A stretch of 64,000 bases of DNA from contig JBDQPD010000003.1 of NCBI GenBank assembly GCA_040260805.1, positions 1 to 64,000 on the forward strand, written 5' to 3'. Each line of letters opens with the position of its first letter. Position 1 is the stretch's first letter. This document shows positions 59,412 to 64,000 of this stretch, piece by piece. The DNA is from Myxococcota bacterium (GTDB taxonomy: Bacteria > Myxococcota > UBA4151). A model generated the notes under the pieces. It did not search any database and was not told where the DNA came from. It worked only from the letters and a program-made list of their open reading frames with translations. A program made the translations under genes and the position numbers.

Positions 59412-60731
59412 TTAGTTCAATTGTTCAAAAGGCCAATGCGCTATTTGCGATGCCTCAATCCGCATCACCAGGCTCTTTCCAGCCCGAGCTAGAACTTCGC
59501 TGCCTTGTCGATCCAGTGACAAATCAACGAGGGTTCGTTTCTTCGCATCACGCACCACCACCCGGCTACACAGCGCGCCGCATTCAAGAGCGTCAAGCTC
59601 ATCGACAATACTCGCCCCGCGCAGCTGATGTAGATCCCATTGAAGTCCAGCGAGCCGGTGCGCTTCTTTAATCTGTCGCTCGCCTTGAAACCATCGATCG
59701 ACCGCTCCACCCGAGCCAAGCTCTCGTCGATAACTAAAGACTCGACCCGACCCATCATGAATTTCTACGCTGTGGGTTTGCCCTCGATCGTAATGGATCA
59801 ACTGGCGATCACGCCAAGCCTCCGCCGGGCGAAGCAGCCATGATAAATCCGCCTCATTTGCGCTAAAGACAAAGCCCTGAGTAGCGATCAAAAGCGCTTT
59901 GTTTTGGCGGTAGAATTCTAACCGTGTGCTCAACGGGGCGTGCCCGACAACGACCACCAGATCAGGATCGCTCAGCTGCGTCTTAGAGGGCTCTAAAGCG
60001 CCCTTGAGTCCTACAAGTTTCGTGAGCAGTTTTTCGACAAGCTCCTTATCCGCTCGTTGCTCATCGCCAGCCTTGGTGAGCACAAACAATCCACGAACGC
60101 GCCGGATTTGATAGGGAGAGTTTCCAACCTGCGGCTGAATTGAAAGCCCATCAATCTGACCCGCTCTGAGCGGCAATACGGTCACCGCTGCAAGCTCATT
60201 GAGATCGATCAGTTGTCCACCTGAAGGCTTGAGCTTTGCCCAGCCCACAAGGTCTTCTTGTCCATCGGTTCGGCGCAGAACGTAAAGCGGCTTGGTCGGA
60301 TGCTTTTGCCCTAAACTCAGGCGGCAGGTTTTATCGTTCAGGCTCGAACTGACCTCGAGTGTTTGCGTGGGTATACTCAGTCCGAGCGCGTCGTCCTTGG
60401 GTCGAGGTTCTATCTTCTCCACCTGAAGACCGCGCAGCTGGGCTAAAATAATCTGCAGCTTAGCGTCCTCAACCGGCTGTCCATCTGCATGACGCCAGCG
60501 ATCCTTTAACCGCAGCTCTACTGACCCCTTTGGGTCGCTAAGCCGAACGTTATCGACGGTTAAGACATCAAAACACAAAGCCGAGAAGTACCGGTCTTCT
60601 TCGGCTTCTACCCAATCCGCTTGGCGTTGCGCTTGCCCCCCCCGATGCTGCTGAAAAGCATAGACCGCTAGGGCTAAGGCGACGCCAGAAAAGAGCAAAG
60701 AGCGCGCAATCGGGGCACTAAAAAACCGCAT
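59412..60731 (-). CDS. DUF4340-like membrane-anchored periplasmic protein
   Basis: N-terminal TM, repeated W..(AD)...V..LL..L..L and LGL..P.....V...L.LG patterns. Last gene of a Gld-type ABC operon. Confidence 0.7.
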   Translation of the reverse strand: MRFFSAPIARSLLFSGVALALAVYAFQQHRGGQAQRQADWVEAEEDRYFSALCFDVLTVDNVRLSDPKGSVELRLKDRWRHADGQPVEDAKLQIILAQLRGLQVEKIEPRPKDDALGLSIPTQTLEVSSSLNDKTCRLSLGQKHPTKPLYVLRRTDGQEDLVGWAKLKPSGGQLIDLNELAAVTVLPLRAGQIDGLSIQPQVGNSPYQIRRVRGLFVLTKAGDEQRADKELVEKLLTKLVGLKGALEPSKTQLSDPDLVVVVGHAPLSTRLEFYRQNKALLIATQGFVFSANEADLSWLLRPAEAWRDRQLIHYDRGQTHSVEIHDGSGRVFSYRRELGSGGAVDRWFQGERQIKEAHRLAGLQWDLHQLRGASIVDELDALECGALCSRVVVRDAKKRTLVDLSLDRQGSEVLARAGKSLVMRIEASQIAHWPFEQLN

Positions 60732-62272
60732 CAGACCTGTCGCCTTCGCCAGACGATTAGACCAGGAAGCAGAATCATCAGCGGAAGCGCGTCGAGCACG
60801 ATGAGCCGTAAACGAGAGCGCTCCTTGCGGGTCAAAAACAGTCGAGAGACTCGACGCTCTGACGCGGTAATCTCAAGCTCATCTTGGGCGGTGGTCAACC
60901 ACGTCATCATATTGAGCACCAAGTTACGATTTCCCGCATAAACCAATCCACCGTTGCTCATCATCGATGCATCGCCAACCAACGCAAGGCGCGCCTCATC
61001 GCTACGCCGAACCTCAAGCTTGCTCTGGTCCTGACTCCAGACCGCTGCAAGAATAGGTGGACTCTTCTGCTTTTTAGAAGGGTTCTGCCAGACACGGGTC
61101 ATCGCGTCGGCCTCAATCCAGCTCTCAGGGGATGCCGCCGCGAGCGGGTGGGGGCGGCCTTTACGGGTCCCCCTCAAGCCGATCGGCGCCGCTCGGGTTA
61201 GCATCGTACGCAAGCCAGACGCCGCTAAACGAGCGACGATGGGATGATCTGTATACGCAGCGATCATCGCAGCCGGCTGGCCTTGCACATCTGGCGTTCC
61301 GCTCACTGAAGGGTCGATCACAACGCCTGGTTCAATCGCCAAACCGCGAGACTCAAGCAGTGGATTAACAGCTTCTGTATAGCCGGCTTGCGTCGCCACC
61401 AGCATGCGACCGCCTGTGTCTAAGTACAGATTGATCGCTTCAAATTCCTTGCTCAACAATGGTGCTTTGGGTCGCAGCCATATCAGCGCAGCTGCTCCTT
61501 CGGGAATTCGTCCCTCTTTTGCCAAATCCAAATAGGCGAGCTGTAAGCCCTCACCGCTAAGCTCTCGCGCCAGACGACCAAAGCCAGACGAGTCCTCTCC
61601 GTTGAGCTCGGCTTCGCCGTGCCCTCGAATCAAAAAAACCTGACGCTGAGTCCCGAGTAATCGGCTCATCCCCTGAGCCAGCTGTTGCTCGGTGGGCAAC
61701 CGGACTCGCTCTTCTCGATCCTGATAACGCAGAATCAACTTCGGTGAATCGGCACTGATCAGCGCTATTTGTGCTCTTTTCGGGTTGCGCATCGGATCAA
61801 CGATGTCGAGATCGACCTTAGCTCCAGAGCTTCTAAACTGCTCCACAAGCTTCGTCAGGACTCGGCCCTGCCCTTGACCTTGAGGATAGAACGCTTCGAT
61901 ACGCAGTGGCTCTTCAAGCTGCTCAAGCAGCGCCTTGGTCTCTGGGGCTACCGTGTAGACATGCTCTGAGGTCAGATCCCAAACCAAGGCTCGCTCATGA
62001 AGAACGCTGACCACCAAGGTTCCGGCTACGGCTAAGGCAGCAACCCACTGAAAGCTGACCCATAAATGAACCCCGCCTCGACCGGAAAGCGCACCATCGT
62101 GGTGACGAAACAAAGCCCTTCCCCAATACGCTAAGGCGCCTAACCCAAAGACGAGCTTTGCGAGCACAAAACTCGGCTCATCTAGACTCGTGAGCCAAGT
62201 TACCGGCGCCGATAAGAGCAGAATCAGTCCGAGCAGACCGGCCATCGAATGACGAGGTTTCATCCTTGCCAC
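60731..62272 (-). CDS. GldG-family ABC transporter auxiliary component
   Basis: WDLT....YT....T..LL..L, DP..NP, GHGE, YLD.GGR.L, HPI, GD...SN......N..L.LN...WL, C-terminal TM plus WRRR. Confidence 0.88.
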   Translation of the reverse strand: MARMKPRHSMAGLLGLILLLSAPVTWLTSLDEPSFVLAKLVFGLGALAYWGRALFRHHDGALSGRGGVHLWVSFQWVAALAVAGTLVVSVLHERALVWDLTSEHVYTVAPETKALLEQLEEPLRIEAFYPQGQGQGRVLTKLVEQFRSSGAKVDLDIVDPMRNPKRAQIALISADSPKLILRYQDREERVRLPTEQQLAQGMSRLLGTQRQVFLIRGHGEAELNGEDSSGFGRLARELSGEGLQLAYLDLAKEGRIPEGAAALIWLRPKAPLLSKEFEAINLYLDTGGRMLVATQAGYTEAVNPLLESRGLAIEPGVVIDPSVSGTPDVQGQPAAMIAAYTDHPIVARLAASGLRTMLTRAAPIGLRGTRKGRPHPLAAASPESWIEADAMTRVWQNPSKKQKSPPILAAVWSQDQSKLEVRRSDEARLALVGDASMMSNGGLVYAGNRNLVLNMMTWLTTAQDELEITASERRVSRLFLTRKERSRLRLIVLDALPLMILLPGLIVWRRRQV

Positions 62273-63039
62273 CGATGACGATCAACGCCTCTTAAAGCGA
62301 CCGTCAGCGCCAACGCAATGAGCACTAAAAAGTAGCCGATATCAGCGGCAGATAATCTGCCGATCGCAAAGTTTTCAAGGCGTGTCAGCGGGCTCAAAGC
62401 GGGGAGCAACTGCCCCCAGAAACCTTCACCTTGACCGCCTACACGCAGCACCCAAGCAAAGAGTAGAAACAAGAAGCTTCCACCTGCCGCAAGCGCTGGA
62501 CTCTCAGTCAGCGCCGAGGCGGCGAGTCCGACGGCAGCAAAAGCGCAGCCAAGTAAGCCTAAACCGATCATGGCGGTCGCTAACGCGCCGAAGTCAAAGG
62601 CCGACCCTGGTTCAGCAATAGCCGCTAGAATGAGCGGCTCTAAACACACCACACCGCACAAGGCTATGACCACCACGCTCAGGGCTAAAAACTTACCTAA
62701 GATCAGCTCCCATGGGCGGACTAAAGAAGCAGCGAGCAACTCAAAGCTCCCTTGAGCGCGCTCAGAGGCTAAGGTCCGCATGCACAGCAAGGGAATCATC
62801 AAGACAAACAAGTACTCAATATTGAGCACCAAGGGTGCGATGATGCGCTCGTGAAAATGTAGGTTTGCGGCCTCGGGGTTCGCCCCAAATTTTAGGGTGA
62901 GCTCGATAAAGCTTCGACCCAAAACGATCAGAAAGTAACCGCTCAACGCCGACAAGAAAAATCCCATGACGTACACCAAGGGCGTCGTAAACTGGCGCAG
63001 CAGCTCGACCTTCATAATCGCGACGATGCGTTGCCTCAT
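62260..63039 (-). CDS. ABC-2 permease (GldF-like)
   Basis: EL...F.TPL.Y, IPLL.MR..A.ER..GS.ELL, LILGKFL, G..ASALTE, multiple TM helices. Confidence 0.9.
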   Translation of the reverse strand: MRQRIVAIMKVELLRQFTTPLVYVMGFFLSALSGYFLIVLGRSFIELTLKFGANPEAANLHFHERIIAPLVLNIEYLFVLMIPLLCMRTLASERAQGSFELLAASLVRPWELILGKFLALSVVVIALCGVVCLEPLILAAIAEPGSAFDFGALATAMIGLGLLGCAFAAVGLAASALTESPALAAGGSFLFLLFAWVLRVGGQGEGFWGQLLPALSPLTRLENFAIGRLSAADIGYFLVLIALALTVALRGVDRHRWQG

Positions 63040-63749
63040 GAGCGCTCCTTGCGGTGCGCCGCACAACGACTCAGGAAAGCGGCTTGAAGATCCCCGTGCT
63101 CATCGATCAATTCTTGGGCGCTTGCATCGGCGACCAGCTCCCCTTGATCGATCATAAGGACGTGATCGCAGACAGCCTCAACCTCGCTCAGGATGTGTGT
63201 CGACAACAACACCGTGTGATCGCTGCCAAGGGATCGAATCAATCCTCGCATCCCCTCAATTTGAGCAGGATCTAAACCGGATGTCGGCTCATCTAAAATG
63301 AGCAAGGGTGGATCCCCAAGTAGCGCTAGCGCTAGCCCTACGCGCTGTCGAAAGCCTTTGGATAGCTGACTCTGCAGCTGCTTGAGGACCTCACCGAGTT
63401 CACAGCGTTCGACCACGGCGTCGATCGCCGTTTTATCGAGCCCTTTAATCGCTGAGACAAAGCGAAGGTTCTCGATCACTTTGAGTTCAGGATACAACGG
63501 CGGCGCTTCAGGTAAGAAACCGATCTGGGCTCGCGCTTGATAAGGCGCCTCAAAAGTATCAAACCCATCGACCAAAACCCGGCCTGAGCTCGGCGCCAGC
63601 GCGCCCGTGATCATCCGAAGCGTGGTGGTTTTTCCTGCTCCATTGGGTCCGACAAAGGCGACCACAGAGCCTGGTTTTAACTCAAAGTTCAGGCGGTGAA
63701 CGGCACGCCGAGAGGCAAAGCTTCGACTTAACTGCTCAGCACAAATCAT
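63036..63749 (-). CDS. ABC transporter ATP-binding protein (GldA-like)
   Basis: GPNGAGKTT, LSKGFRQRVGLA, LILDEPTSGLDP, STHILSEV. Confidence 0.95.
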   Translation of the reverse strand: MICAEQLSRSFASRRAVHRLNFELKPGSVVAFVGPNGAGKTTTLRMITGALAPSSGRVLVDGFDTFEAPYQARAQIGFLPEAPPLYPELKVIENLRFVSAIKGLDKTAIDAVVERCELGEVLKQLQSQLSKGFRQRVGLALALLGDPPLLILDEPTSGLDPAQIEGMRGLIRSLGSDHTVLLSTHILSEVEAVCDHVLMIDQGELVADASAQELIDEHGDLQAAFLSRCAAHRKERS

Positions 63750-64000
63750 GGGCTTACTTTTAACGCCTCAGTCAAAGGGCTCATAATCTTTTGACTCAGC
63801 ACAACCGAGGACTTCTTAAAACACTGTTTGGCGTTGAGTCCGCCTGACTTAATGCCGTGTTCGAAGGTTTTCACCGCCGAGCCTGAGCGACTATCCAGCA
63901 AACGAAAGTCTAAATTAGCTCGACAAAACATAATCTGTCCGCGCTGACCCACCTTCTCAACGCTCACTTGAGCCATCGCCATATAGCGGGCGCCCTGTTG
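63746..64000 (-). CDS. Hypothetical protein, 3' end only
   Basis: The frame is open from the window edge (QQGARYMAMAQV...) to a stop overlapping the ABC ATPase start. Confidence 0.6.
   Translation of the reverse strand, partial: QQGARYMAMAQVSVEKVGQRGQIMFCRANLDFRLLDSRSGSAVKTFEHGIKSGGLNAKQCFKKSSVVLSQKIMSPLTEALKVSP

Noticed and set aside
59412..63749. Gld-like ABC operon as proof of Bacteroidetes-type gliding
   Set aside because: GldA/F/G-like plus DUF4340 operons are widespread in non-gliding bacteria; no T9SS or other gld genes are in the window.

Overview
Replication-origin-proximal core region of a bacterial chromosome. It is most likely an uncultured Myxococcota/deltaproteobacterium; this is inferred from two Lon paralogs, a bactofilin directly after parAB, zinc-ribbon membrane proteins and a REC/DUF4388/J-like protein. 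The window is mostly housekeeping: uvrD/rep-mfd, hemW-grpE-dnaK-dnaJ, lon-thiL, groES-groEL, tRNA-Phe, dnaA / rpmH-rnpA-yidC, rplU-rpmA-obgE, prmA-rsmE, astA-astD-lon-dtd, parS-rsmG-parA-parB-bactofilin, RqcH-like, galU-priA-def-fmt and a Gld-type ABC operon. I saw no CRISPR array, integrase, transposase or prophage. Best candidates for undescribed biology: (1) a diguanylate cyclase, a FleQ-like sigma-54 activator with a non-phosphorylatable receiver, and an adjacent -24/-12 promoter driving a secreted protein; (2) an NLR-like cyclase-STAND-TPR protein with a shifted catalytic Asp; (3) an Xis/BldC-like regulator with upstream direct repeats heading an astA-astD-lon-dtd operon; (4) a divergent DnaA with no adjacent boxes or dnaN, and a candidate origin next to parS; (5) an acidic WG/GW-repeat scaffold protein. 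Many normally conserved motifs are degenerate across the window. All family assignments come from motif recognition by eye; no database searches were run.
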